From positions 1 to 12,990 of the forward strand of contig CAZJVM010000066.1 of NCBI GenBank assembly GCA_964549305.1: a stretch of DNA of 12,990 nt, in the 5' to 3' direction. This DNA is from an uncultured bacterium. GTDB lineage: Bacteria > Schekmanbacteria > GWA2-38-11 > J061. Positions within the stretch are counted from its first letter, which is position 1, and each line of letters starts with the position of its first letter. Positions 1-8,277 of this stretch are shown here, in pieces. The notes beneath the pieces are model-generated. The model saw nothing but the letters and a program-made list of their open reading frames with translations. It was not told where the DNA came from and ran no database searches. A program made the position numbers and the translations under genes.

Positions 1-746
1 GATTCGATTCCATTAATACCCCTGATGCCGTAAACAGACTTCCTTCCGCCTGACCACATTATTCTTCTGGGTAAATATTCCTTTTCTTCTTTTATAGATG
101 TCTCCGTTTCCAATCCGTCGAGAAGCTTTTCAATCTGGGTTTTCTCTATCACTAAAGGCGCAGAAACAATCCCGTCACTGTCAACGAAAACCATTTTCCC
201 TTTGGGAATAATGACAAACGAAAGCTCTTCGTTTCTCTGACGACCTTCCACTTTAACCCTGCCTTCGAGGACAGCAACATTAGTTTCCTCTCGCTCATTT
301 ACCGAAACAATGAAATCTGTCCCTCTGACCGCGCATAATGCCGTAGGAGTTGAAATTTCAAAACTGCTTTTCTCACCTGTAATTTTTTTAACCATTATCC
401 GCACCTTACCCAAAATGAGATGCAGCAAATCTTTGCCATTCGAAACATTTTCAACTCTCTTTACAAAAGTAAACTTTGAAAGTTGCGCCACATTAATAAC
501 AGCGCCGTCGCTTACCAGCACCTTCGCATTTGACTTTTTACCCGTCACTAAATAGTCCCCTGCACAAAAGCGCTCTCTGATTTTAGGCGATTCACCTTCG
601 CTTCGCCCTTTTTTAAAAACATCTACATTTCCCTGAAAGCTTAAAAGGACACCTGTGATTTCAGAGGAATAAGAAGTATAATTATATAAAATTATATAAA
701 AAACGCAAATATAAAATGTAAAAAAAAGACGTAAATATTTTTTCAT
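1..746 (-). CDS. FecR-domain-containing exported/membrane protein (3' end runs off the window)
   Basis: Not in the ORF track. Manual translation from ATG at 746 stays open to the window edge: MKKYLRLFFTFYICVFYIILYNYTSYSSEITGVLLSFQGNVDV...GDYLVTGKKSNAKVLVSDGAVINV...LILGKVRIMV...FEISTPTALCAVRGTDFIVSV...TNVAVLEGRVKVEG. TPTA-x2-VRGTDF and VxVLEGxVxV are FecR-domain hallmarks. Basic/hydrophobic N-terminus. Confidence 0.85.
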   Translation of the reverse strand, partial: MKKYLRLFFTFYICVFYIILYNYTSYSSEITGVLLSFQGNVDVFKKGRSEGESPKIRERFCAGDYLVTGKKSNAKVLVSDGAVINVAQLSKFTFVKRVENVSNGKDLLHLILGKVRIMVKKITGEKSSFEISTPTALCAVRGTDFIVSVNEREETNVAVLEGRVKVEGRQRNEELSFVIIPKGKMVFVDSDGIVSAPLVIEKTQIEKLLDGLETETSIKEEKEYLPRRIMWSGGRKSVYGIRGINGIE

Positions 747-777
747 TATTTTTTAGATAAGACAGAAAAAGAGAGAA

Positions 778-2649
778 CTACAAAAGATCCTGCATTATTT
801 CAATGTCGCCGTTTTTCCTGTAATTGGCAACAACCTGAGAAACAATTATATTTTTTCTTTCTTCGATAATTTTCGCGCGAATGGATTGTTTTTTCGATTC
901 GAATTCTTTTTGGTCTATTTCATCCTTCCCCTTCAGCAAAACAATATAAGCGCCGTTTTGGCTAATTGAAAAATCCGCCCGCTTTTCTTCGCTGAGAGAA
1001 AAAACCAATGCCTTAAACTTCTCCCTGTCAATTGCATCTTCCGGCACTTCCCTTCTCAGAATTTTCCCGGTCGATTTAACTGCAATTTTATCTTTCTTCA
1101 CCACTTCATTTAATGACTTTCCTTCTTTAATCATCTTTACAACAGATGAAGCCTTTTTTTCCATAGCGCCGAACGCTCTTTCCTTCTTTAAATCAATCGC
1201 CACTTTGTCGGATACTTCCTCAAATGCGCCGTCGTGTGATGGTCTTTTCCCGAGAGTTTTTATAACGACAAAAAAAGGTCCAATATTTACCGGATTGCTT
1301 ACTTTGCCTTCATCGAGAGAATAGGCGGCATTAAAAAACTTTCCGCTGTTTGGAATACCCTCTATTGCCTTATTTCTGAATATGGTTTTTTTATTTATTT
1401 CCACTTTGTCATCTTTCGCGCCCTCTTCGATGAATTTCTTTATTTCCTTTGCCTTTGATAGAGCGAGTTCCTTCTCTTTTTTTCTTTCAAGACGGCGTTT
1501 AAGATTTTCACTGACATATTCAAAAGGTTTGACTTCTCCGGGGGAAAGTTTCTTTTCCACCGTTATTATGTGATAACCGAACGAAGACCTTACCAAATCG
1601 CTTATTTCTCCCTCATCCAACGCGAATGCGGCTTTTTCGAATTCAGGGTCCATTTCGCCCTTTCCGAAGAATCCAAGGTCGCCTCCTCTTGTTGTTGACA
1701 ATGGTTCATCTGAATAAAGCTTAGCAAGGTTTGTGAAATCTTTTCCTGCCTTTGCCTCTTTCAGTATTTTTTCCGCCTTTTTCTTGACCGCTTCTTCCTG
1801 AACGGGGTTATCATCAGGTTTGATTCTGAAAAGTATATGTCTTGCCTTGACTTTTTCGTCATCGACTTTAAATTCATCCTGATTCGAATCGTAATAGGAC
1901 TTTACCTCATCATCTGCAATCTTCGCGGAATTCATAAAATCATTTATTTCAATCTGCGCAAACTCCACATCGGCGGAATCTTCCACTTTGTACTTTGAGG
2001 TATTCTTCGTATAATAATCATTCAGCTCATCATCGGATACCTGAATGTCTTTCAGCAGTGAATCGATGGAAAAGAAAACATAATCCGCTTCCACTTTTTC
2101 GTTCTCCCCGATAAACTTCTGCATCAGTTCCCTATCGCTTACTACTGTGCAGTCTTCAAGCATCTTTCTTATCATATCGATACCGATTTCCTGCTTTTGG
2201 CCCGCGATAAAATCCTTGGGGTCGATTCTGTTGCGGTTGAGGACTGAAATCATCTGCCTTTTATCAAGGTTGCCGTTTTTGTCTTTGAAGACATCGTATG
2301 TCTTCAGTTTTTCCAGAAGGTCGTAATCGCTTGTTTTTATTCCCGTCTCTTCGAACACCTGCCTCATAAGCTCGCGCTCTACAAGCCTGTTTATGACCAT
2401 CTCCTTTATATTAATCTGCTTGAGGTACTGCTCGGCATTTTCCTTGAGTATATTCCTGATTTGATTTTCCGTCTGCATCAGCTCATTTTTGTACTGATTG
2501 TATGATATATTCACGCCGTTAACCTTTGCCACGGGAGGACCATCCCTGTCGTCACTGCCCATCACTCCGTAAAATGCTACAAAAGCGATAATTATTACCC
2601 ACAATATGGGCTGAAATTTCTTTGTGTTTCTTCTAAAATAATCAAACAT
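778..2649 (-). CDS. ppiD: PpiD-like periplasmic chaperone / parvulin peptidyl-prolyl isomerase with SurA N-terminal domain
   Basis: 623 aa. N-terminal membrane anchor (ILWVIIIAFVAFYGV), SurA_N-like VAKVNGVNIS, and a parvulin domain (KARHILF...FTNLAKLYSDEP...GGDLGFFGKGEMDPEFEKAAFAL...ISDLVRSSFGYHII). Size and architecture match PpiD. Confidence 0.85.
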   Translation of the reverse strand: MFDYFRRNTKKFQPILWVIIIAFVAFYGVMGSDDRDGPPVAKVNGVNISYNQYKNELMQTENQIRNILKENAEQYLKQINIKEMVINRLVERELMRQVFEETGIKTSDYDLLEKLKTYDVFKDKNGNLDKRQMISVLNRNRIDPKDFIAGQKQEIGIDMIRKMLEDCTVVSDRELMQKFIGENEKVEADYVFFSIDSLLKDIQVSDDELNDYYTKNTSKYKVEDSADVEFAQIEINDFMNSAKIADDEVKSYYDSNQDEFKVDDEKVKARHILFRIKPDDNPVQEEAVKKKAEKILKEAKAGKDFTNLAKLYSDEPLSTTRGGDLGFFGKGEMDPEFEKAAFALDEGEISDLVRSSFGYHIITVEKKLSPGEVKPFEYVSENLKRRLERKKEKELALSKAKEIKKFIEEGAKDDKVEINKKTIFRNKAIEGIPNSGKFFNAAYSLDEGKVSNPVNIGPFFVVIKTLGKRPSHDGAFEEVSDKVAIDLKKERAFGAMEKKASSVVKMIKEGKSLNEVVKKDKIAVKSTGKILRREVPEDAIDREKFKALVFSLSEEKRADFSISQNGAYIVLLKGKDEIDQKEFESKKQSIRAKIIEERKNIIVSQVVANYRKNGDIEIMQDLL

Positions 2650-4434
2650 TTATTTTGCGCTCCTTCTTAATTTTATTCCAAGCTCATTAAGCTGTTTCTC
2701 GCCCACGTCGGAAGGGGCGTTTGTCATCTGGCAAACTGCCTTCTGCGTTTTCGGAAAAGAAATAACTTCCCGTATGGAGCTTGCGCCTGCGAGTATCATC
2801 ACCAGTCTGTCCAGACCAAAGGCGATTCCTCCGTGAGGAGGCGCTCCGAACTGCAAAGCTTCGAGAAGAAAACCGAATTTCGCCCCCGCTTCCTCTTTCC
2901 CGATTCCCAAAGCATTGAACATCTTTTCCTGAACATCGTTGCGGTGAATTCTTATGCTTCCCCCGCCTACCTCCGAACCGTTCAGAACAAGGTCATATGC
3001 CTTCGCGCGAATCTTCGAAGGGTCTGTGTCGAGTAAAGGTATATCTTCATCTACGGGAGATGTAAAGGGATGATGCATTGCCACATACCTCTTTTCCTCG
3101 TCATTATATTCAAGAAGTGGAAAATCGGTAACCCACAGAAAATTATGTTTCTTTTGATCTATAAGCCCGAGATTATTTCCTATTTTCAACCTCAGGGCGG
3201 AAAGAGCGCGATAGACCACCTGCTTTTTATCTGCGACGATAAAGAGAGTATCGCCCGGTTCGGCGCCGAGTTTTTCCTTCATATTCTTTATTTCATCTTC
3301 ACTGAAGAATTTTACCACGGGAGACTGAAGATCTTTTTCAAGCACTTTTATCCATACAAGACCCTTAGCGCCCTCTCCCTTTACAAACTCCGTAAAATCA
3401 TCGAGCTCTTTTCTCGTCATTCCCGACGCGCCCTTTGCGTTGATGCCCGATATGAGTCCTTTACCGGAGATTACTCCCGAAAAAACCTTGAACTCCGATT
3501 TCTCAAAAACCTGCGTAAGATCAACAAGTTTCATATCAAACCTTGTATCCGGTTTATCGTTTCCGTAAGAGCTCATCGCTTCAGCATATGAAAGGCGCGG
3601 GAAAGGCGTCTCAATATCGATATGGGCAGATTCGGAAAAGACCGCCTTCATAAGCCCTTCCATAATCCTGTAAATATCCTCTCTTTCCACAAAGGACATC
3701 TCAACATCAATCTGCGTAAATTCAGGCTGTCTGTCGGCGCGAAGGTCTTCATCCCTGAAACATTTCACTATCTGATAGTATCTTTCAAATCCCGAAACCA
3801 TAAGTATCTGCTTGAAAAGCTGAGGAGATTGGGGAAGGGCAAAAAACTTTCCCCTGTTAACCCGGCTTGGCACCAGATAATCCCTTGCTCCTTCAGGCGT
3901 GCTCTTTGTAAGGAAAGGAGTTTCAATGTCAAGAAATCCTTCTTTATCAAAATAGCGGCGCACCGCTTTCGTCACATTGTAGCGAAGGATTATGTTTTTC
4001 TGAAGCGAAGGCCTTCTGAGGTCAAGATAGCGGTATTTAAGACGCACATCTTCGGCAACATTTATGTCGTCCTCAATCTGAAAGGGCGGAGTTTGCGCTG
4101 TGTTTAGTATTCTCAACTCCTCACCCACGACTTCTACTTCACCGGTTGGCATATTGGGGTTTGCCGTATCTCCCGGGCGAAGCCTCACTTTTCCTCTTAC
4201 AGCTATAACAAACTCCGACCGGAGCTTTTCAGCTTTGCCGTGAGAATCACTGTTCAATTCCTCGTCAAAAACAATCTGAGTTATTCCTTCCCTGTCGCGA
4301 AGGTCAATAAAAATAACTCCTCCGTGGTCACGTCTTCTCTGCACCCATCCCATCAATGTCACTTCCGCTTCATTATCCTTCGCGCTCAATATGCCGCAGG
4401 AATGAGTCCTCGTCAGTCCTTCAAGATTATCCAT
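2650..4434 (-). CDS. aspS: Aspartate--tRNA ligase (bacterial type, probably non-discriminating Asp/Asn)
   Basis: 594 aa. RTHSCG, GWVQRRRDHGGVIFIDLRD, RLKYRYLDLRR, TPEGARDY, ALPQSPQLFKQ, CFRDEDLRADRQPEFTQID, HHPFT, GGGSIRIH, GAPPHGGIAFGLDRL, FPKT. Confidence 0.99.
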   Translation of the reverse strand: MDNLEGLTRTHSCGILSAKDNEAEVTLMGWVQRRRDHGGVIFIDLRDREGITQIVFDEELNSDSHGKAEKLRSEFVIAVRGKVRLRPGDTANPNMPTGEVEVVGEELRILNTAQTPPFQIEDDINVAEDVRLKYRYLDLRRPSLQKNIILRYNVTKAVRRYFDKEGFLDIETPFLTKSTPEGARDYLVPSRVNRGKFFALPQSPQLFKQILMVSGFERYYQIVKCFRDEDLRADRQPEFTQIDVEMSFVEREDIYRIMEGLMKAVFSESAHIDIETPFPRLSYAEAMSSYGNDKPDTRFDMKLVDLTQVFEKSEFKVFSGVISGKGLISGINAKGASGMTRKELDDFTEFVKGEGAKGLVWIKVLEKDLQSPVVKFFSEDEIKNMKEKLGAEPGDTLFIVADKKQVVYRALSALRLKIGNNLGLIDQKKHNFLWVTDFPLLEYNDEEKRYVAMHHPFTSPVDEDIPLLDTDPSKIRAKAYDLVLNGSEVGGGSIRIHRNDVQEKMFNALGIGKEEAGAKFGFLLEALQFGAPPHGGIAFGLDRLVMILAGASSIREVISFPKTQKAVCQMTNAPSDVGEKQLNELGIKLRRSAK

Positions 4435-4481
4435 TCTAAATCACTCTCAGTTAAATGTAGTTAAAGATTTTAAGAGATGAG

Positions 4482-4511
4482 AGATTACAGTTTAAAAGGG
4501 CATATTGTCAA
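4482..4511 (-). promoter_or_regulatory. Putative sigma70 promoter for aspS-ppiD-fecR
   Basis: Minus strand: perfect -35 TTGACA (4511-4506), 18-nt spacer, -10-like TAATCT (4487-4482), about 48 nt upstream of the aspS ATG. Confidence 0.5.
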
Positions 4512-4568
4512 ACAAAAACTATTTCAAAAAAGGAGAAATAAATCCCACTGCATCTTGAGGGGCTAACT

Positions 4569-4597
4569 TTGACAAAGACGCGATAAAGAAGTAATAT
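4569..4597 (+). promoter_or_regulatory. Putative sigma70 promoter for the permuted iPGM gene
   Basis: Perfect -35 TTGACA (4569-4574), 17-nt spacer, -10-like TAATAT (4592-4597). GAGGGAG SD-like sequence at about 4621-4627 precedes ATG 4638. Confidence 0.65.
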
Positions 4598-4637
4598 TGC
4601 GGGAATTTTTTACATTAAAAGAGGGAGAAGCAGACAG

Positions 4638-6239
4638 ATGAGCAATAGTGAAAACAATAAAATATTTCCTATGAGCGAGGGCGTAAAATCCGCCTATGAC
4701 AGGGGTGAAGAAGACGAATCGATGAATCCCATAGTCCTCGAGGAAAATGGCATCCGTCCGGGAAAAATCGGTAATGAGGAGTATGTCATCTTTTACGACA
4801 TCAGGGGCGAAAGGGAAATCGAGCTTACAAAAAGTTTCATTGAAAAGGGATTCAGCGAATTCCCGAAAGAAGACAACCGCACCGCGAAATTCGTTACAAT
4901 GGTAGAGTACAGCAAGGACCTCGATGTGGATGTGGCATTTCCGCCTGAGGAGGAGATTGAAAATACACTATGCGAAGTAATAAGCAAAAACGGTCTGAAG
5001 CAGGCAAAGATTGTTGAAACCGAAAAAGCAGTGCATCTGAGCTATTTTTTGAACGGCAAAAGGAGCGAACCTTTTGAAGGTGAAGAGAGGATATTCATTC
5101 CTTCGCTTAAGGATATAAGCAATTATGATGACTATCCTGAAATGTGTATCGACAAAGTCACAGACACAGTGGAAAAATGCCTTTGTGAAGGAAAAAACAA
5201 TCTTGTAATAGCAAACTTCGCGAATGTTGATGTAGTGGGACATATAGAGAATGAATCAGCAGTAAAAAAAGCGGTCGAGGCAGTGGACAGGGCAATAGGA
5301 AAAGTCGTGGAATGCGCAGGCAAAAACGGCTATGCGAGCATCATAACGGCAGACCACGGAACTGTGGAAAAATGGCTTTATCCCGAAGGCACGGTAGATA
5401 CTGGACATACAAACAGTCCGGTACCATTCATAATAGTTTTTCCCGACAATGACTCCGGTAAACTGAAATTACAATTAAGGGAAGATGCTGAATTAAGCGA
5501 TGTGGCACCCACTGTTTTTGACCTGATGGACATTGATAAACCTTCCTCAATGACGGGAAAATCTATTATTGCGGAAAAGTCGAATTTATCAAAAGACCCT
5601 CGAAAAGTTCTTTTCCTCATATGTGACGGATGGGGATACAACGATAAATCCCAAGGCAACCTTATCGCGCAAAGCAAAACACCCAATATGGACAAGTTCA
5701 TGAAAAACTGTCCATTCACATCTATAATTTCATCAGGTAAGGCAGTTGGTATGCCCGCGGGCACTGTGGGAAATTCCGAAGTGGGACATCTTCATATCGG
5801 AGCGGGAAGAAGAATCTACTCCGACCGTTTGCGTATCGACAAGGCAATGGAAGACAACTCATTCTTCGAAAATGCAGCGTTCACCAAAGCGATGGAAGAA
5901 TCGATAAAAAACAATACCCCTCTTCATCTTCTCGGAATCGTTTCCTTTTACAGTTCACACGGTTCGATCACTGACCTTTTCGGACTGATGGAAATGGCAA
6001 AACAGAAAGGCGTAAAGGAAGTCTATATCCACTCCTTTTTGGGAAGACGCGGAGAAAGACCCGAAAGCGGCAGAAGATATATCAGGCAGGTTGAGGAAAA
6101 GGCGAAAGAACTTGGTGTGGGAAAACTCGTCGATGTTATGGGACGATTCTGGTCACTTGACCGCGAGGAAAACTGGGACAGAATCGAAAAAACATACCGC
6201 ACCCTCGCCTATCGTGAAGGCATAGCAGTAAAGGTTTAA
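4638..6239 (+). CDS. gpmI: 2,3-bisphosphoglycerate-independent phosphoglycerate mutase homologue (alkaline-phosphatase superfamily), circularly permuted
   Basis: All iPGM motifs are present but out of order. Residues ~12-311 carry AYDRGEEDE, IRGER, ETEKAVH, NFANVDVVGH, ITADHG, TGHTNSPVP, LSDVAPT, MTGKSII (canonical C-terminal part). Residues ~322-533 carry LFLICDGWG, KTPNMD, SGKAVGMP, GNSEVGHLHIGAGR, GRFWSLDRE-x-NWDRIEK (canonical N-terminal part). Confidence 0.9.
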   Translation: MSNSENNKIFPMSEGVKSAYDRGEEDESMNPIVLEENGIRPGKIGNEEYVIFYDIRGEREIELTKSFIEKGFSEFPKEDNRTAKFVTMVEYSKDLDVDVAFPPEEEIENTLCEVISKNGLKQAKIVETEKAVHLSYFLNGKRSEPFEGEERIFIPSLKDISNYDDYPEMCIDKVTDTVEKCLCEGKNNLVIANFANVDVVGHIENESAVKKAVEAVDRAIGKVVECAGKNGYASIITADHGTVEKWLYPEGTVDTGHTNSPVPFIIVFPDNDSGKLKLQLREDAELSDVAPTVFDLMDIDKPSSMTGKSIIAEKSNLSKDPRKVLFLICDGWGYNDKSQGNLIAQSKTPNMDKFMKNCPFTSIISSGKAVGMPAGTVGNSEVGHLHIGAGRRIYSDRLRIDKAMEDNSFFENAAFTKAMEESIKNNTPLHLLGIVSFYSSHGSITDLFGLMEMAKQKGVKEVYIHSFLGRRGERPESGRRYIRQVEEKAKELGVGKLVDVMGRFWSLDREENWDRIEKTYRTLAYREGIAVKV

Positions 6240-6300
6240 TTTAAAACATCATATTCATCTTACAAAACTTTCGGCTTTCTCCGTAAAAAAGGATTTTACA

Positions 6301-7134
6301 ATGGTTGCTAACAGGACACTCGCTTCTCTCTTAACGGCGCTCCTTCTCTTTTCCGCGTGCGTATTTATTGAGAAAGAAGCGCCACAGAAAAAGGAAGAAG
6401 CAAAGCTCACGAGTGCAGAAGAAGCGCAGGCACTCCTCAATGAGGGAGACGCGAATTACAAGGAAGGCAACTACGACCTTGCCATATCCGATTACAGCAA
6501 GGCAATAGAGATGGAACCCGGTCTTGCCGGGGCATACAACAATCGGGCAAGCGCATACAACATCAAAGGAGATTCCGCGCGCGCCATATCCGACTACACA
6601 AGGGCAATCGAGATAAATCCGGGTTACGCGTCGGCATACTACAACCGGGGCACGGTATACCAGCAGGGAGGCAAATACGACCTTGCAATCTTAGATTACG
6701 GCAGGGCAATCGAAATCAATCCTGATGACTGCGACGCATACTACAACCGGGGTCTAATCTACAGGAAAAAAAGAAATGACGAACTTGCCATAGCGGATTT
6801 TAACAATGCAGTCGAGATTAATCCAAAGCACGCTGACGCATTCTACAATCTGGGAATCATTTATGAAAAAAGAAACAGATATGACCTCGCTATATCCAGT
6901 TACGACAAAGTAATCGAAATTAATCCTCAAAACGCCAATGCATATCTGAACAGGGGAAATTCCTATTACAAGAAAGGCAAATACCAACTCGCCATATCAG
7001 ATTACAGCAAGGCAATCGAAATTAATCCTAAGAATGAGCAGGCATACTACAACCGAGGCACCGCTTACCAGACAATAGGCGAATACGACCTCGCCATATC
7101 AGACTTCGACAAGGCAATGGAGCTTAAGGAATAA
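6301..7134 (+). CDS. Tetratricopeptide repeat (TPR) lipoprotein
   Basis: 277 aa. Signal peptide ending in lipobox-like LFSA-C20, then seven 34-aa repeats of consensus AxAYyNRGxxYxxxgxYDLAIsDYxKAIEINP. AAGGA SD upstream. Confidence 0.92.
   Translation: MVANRTLASLLTALLLFSACVFIEKEAPQKKEEAKLTSAEEAQALLNEGDANYKEGNYDLAISDYSKAIEMEPGLAGAYNNRASAYNIKGDSARAISDYTRAIEINPGYASAYYNRGTVYQQGGKYDLAILDYGRAIEINPDDCDAYYNRGLIYRKKRNDELAIADFNNAVEINPKHADAFYNLGIIYEKRNRYDLAISSYDKVIEINPQNANAYLNRGNSYYKKGKYQLAISDYSKAIEINPKNEQAYYNRGTAYQTIGEYDLAISDFDKAMELKE
6424..7131 (+). repeat. Seven tandem 102-bp TPR-coding repeats
   Basis: 102-nt periodicity. For example gccatatccgattacagcaaggcaatagag (6481-6510) vs gccatatcagattacagcaaggcaatcgaa (6991-7020): 27/30 identical, 510 nt (5 x 102) apart. 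Confidence 0.85.
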
Positions 7135-7189
7135 TTACTCAATTCCGTTTCCCCGTGCTGCTCTCTCACCGCATGAACTGTTTTCACAG

Positions 7190-7210
7190 ACGGATTTTTA
7201 CCGAATCCGT
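7190..7210. terminator. Inverted repeat between convergent genes, possible terminator or mRNA-stabilising hairpin
   Basis: ACGGATT (7190-7196) / AATCCGT (7204-7210), 7-bp stem with 7-nt loop, 4 nt past the ccp stop. No U-tract on either strand, so it is weak as an intrinsic terminator. Confidence 0.35.
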
Positions 7211-7214
7211 AATG

Positions 7215-8255
7215 TCAATCAAGTTTGGGTCTGGGAGTCTTATCAGTAGGTTCAGGCAAAACCGGATATTCGATTTTCGGCTGTTTTCCTGTAGTCGTTT
7301 TCAGGAAAGATACTATTTTGCCCGCTTCTTCGCCGGTAACTGAATTGCCAAGCTGAATATCAGCCATTATCTTTACCGCTTCCTTCAAATCCCATACTCT
7401 GCCGGAATGAAAATAGGGCGCAGTGAGGGCGATATTTCTCAATGAAGGCGCCTTGAAGAAATACTTGTCGGGAAGCTTTCCGGTAATTTTATATCTTCCC
7501 GTATCCCCCGAAAGTATTGCCTCGGGCGGTTTCTTCGCGAGACCAAAGGGAAAATATCCCTCTCCTCCCATATTAATGCCATTGTGGCAGGCAGAGCATC
7601 CTTTGGTAATATACATTTCAAGACCTTCTCTTTCGCTCTTGCTTAGCGCCGATGCGTCGCCCTTCAGAAACAAATCAAACTTTGAATCAGGTGTGAGAAG
7701 AGTCGCCTCGAAAACTTCGATTGCCTTTGCCATATTGTCGAAAGAAACAGGGTCTTTCTCTTTGGGAAACGCTTTTTCGAAAGCGTCAATATAACCGGGC
7801 ATACTCTTAAGAGTCTTAATCACATCTTCCGGCTTGTTGTTCATCTCCACCGATGCCTGCACAGGTCCCTTCGCCTGCTCTTCAAGGTCCTTTGCCCTCC
7901 CGTCCCAGAATTGCGCCACATTGAAAACAGAGTTAAGCACCGTGGGCGCGTTTCTCTCACCGCGATTCCATCCGTGCCCGGTGGAAGTTTCCTGATAGTC
8001 CGCTCCGCCCAATCCAAGGTTGTGACAGGTGTTACAGCTTATAAGGGCGCTTGCCGAAAGGCGCGGTTCGAAAAAGAGCATTTTTCCAAGTTCCACTTTC
8101 GCGGGCGTGGCGTCGTTGCCTTCAATCGCGGAGGCGCGGTCGGGAATCACCTTGAAGAAATTCTGCGCCTTGTTCATCAATTCATCCTCGGCGTAAGAAA
8201 TCCCCGTTACAAGCAGAGCGGAAAATAAAAGCGCAAAAATAACAATTCTCTTCAT
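7215..8255 (-). CDS. ccp: Bacterial di-haem cytochrome c peroxidase (CcpA-type), periplasmic
   Basis: Sec signal (MKRIVIFALLFSALLVTGISYA), LGKMLFFEPRLS, two haem motifs CNTCH and CSACH, distal-His loop TSTGHGW, RNAPTV, QFWDGRA, QAKGP..EM, FKAPSLRN, APYFHSG, Met-ligand region KIMADIQLG. GGAGG SD (8268-8264) favours ATG 8255 over TTG 8258. Confidence 0.96.
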   Translation of the reverse strand: MKRIVIFALLFSALLVTGISYAEDELMNKAQNFFKVIPDRASAIEGNDATPAKVELGKMLFFEPRLSASALISCNTCHNLGLGGADYQETSTGHGWNRGERNAPTVLNSVFNVAQFWDGRAKDLEEQAKGPVQASVEMNNKPEDVIKTLKSMPGYIDAFEKAFPKEKDPVSFDNMAKAIEVFEATLLTPDSKFDLFLKGDASALSKSEREGLEMYITKGCSACHNGINMGGEGYFPFGLAKKPPEAILSGDTGRYKITGKLPDKYFFKAPSLRNIALTAPYFHSGRVWDLKEAVKIMADIQLGNSVTGEEAGKIVSFLKTTTGKQPKIEYPVLPEPTDKTPRPKLD

Positions 8256-8277
8256 CAACTTGTCCTCCCAATAAAAT

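Noticed and set aside
310-555. 81-aa plus-strand ORF
   Set aside because: Antisense shadow of the FecR-domain gene on the minus strand.
681-727. Tandem ATTATATAAA x2 (681-700) and an A8 run (720-727) in the 5' end of the FecR-domain gene, as a possible phase-variation site
   Set aside because: The frame is intact, the runs are short, and similar A/T runs are common across this window.
2833-4464. Several plus-strand ORFs of 67-173 aa
   Set aside because: Antisense to aspS with no recognisable motifs.
4638-6239. Reading the iPGM ORF as a pseudogene or a fusion of two truncated tandem copies
   Set aside because: No frameshift or stop, the two halves are complementary and non-redundant and sum to one full enzyme, all metal ligands are intact, and promoter and SD are present. 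Misassembly cannot be excluded without reads.
6424-7131. Periodic repeats considered as a CRISPR array or a diversity-generating retroelement target
   Set aside because: The 102-nt in-frame period is fully explained by TPR coding. There is no invariant repeat/unique spacer pattern and no cas or reverse transcriptase gene in the window.
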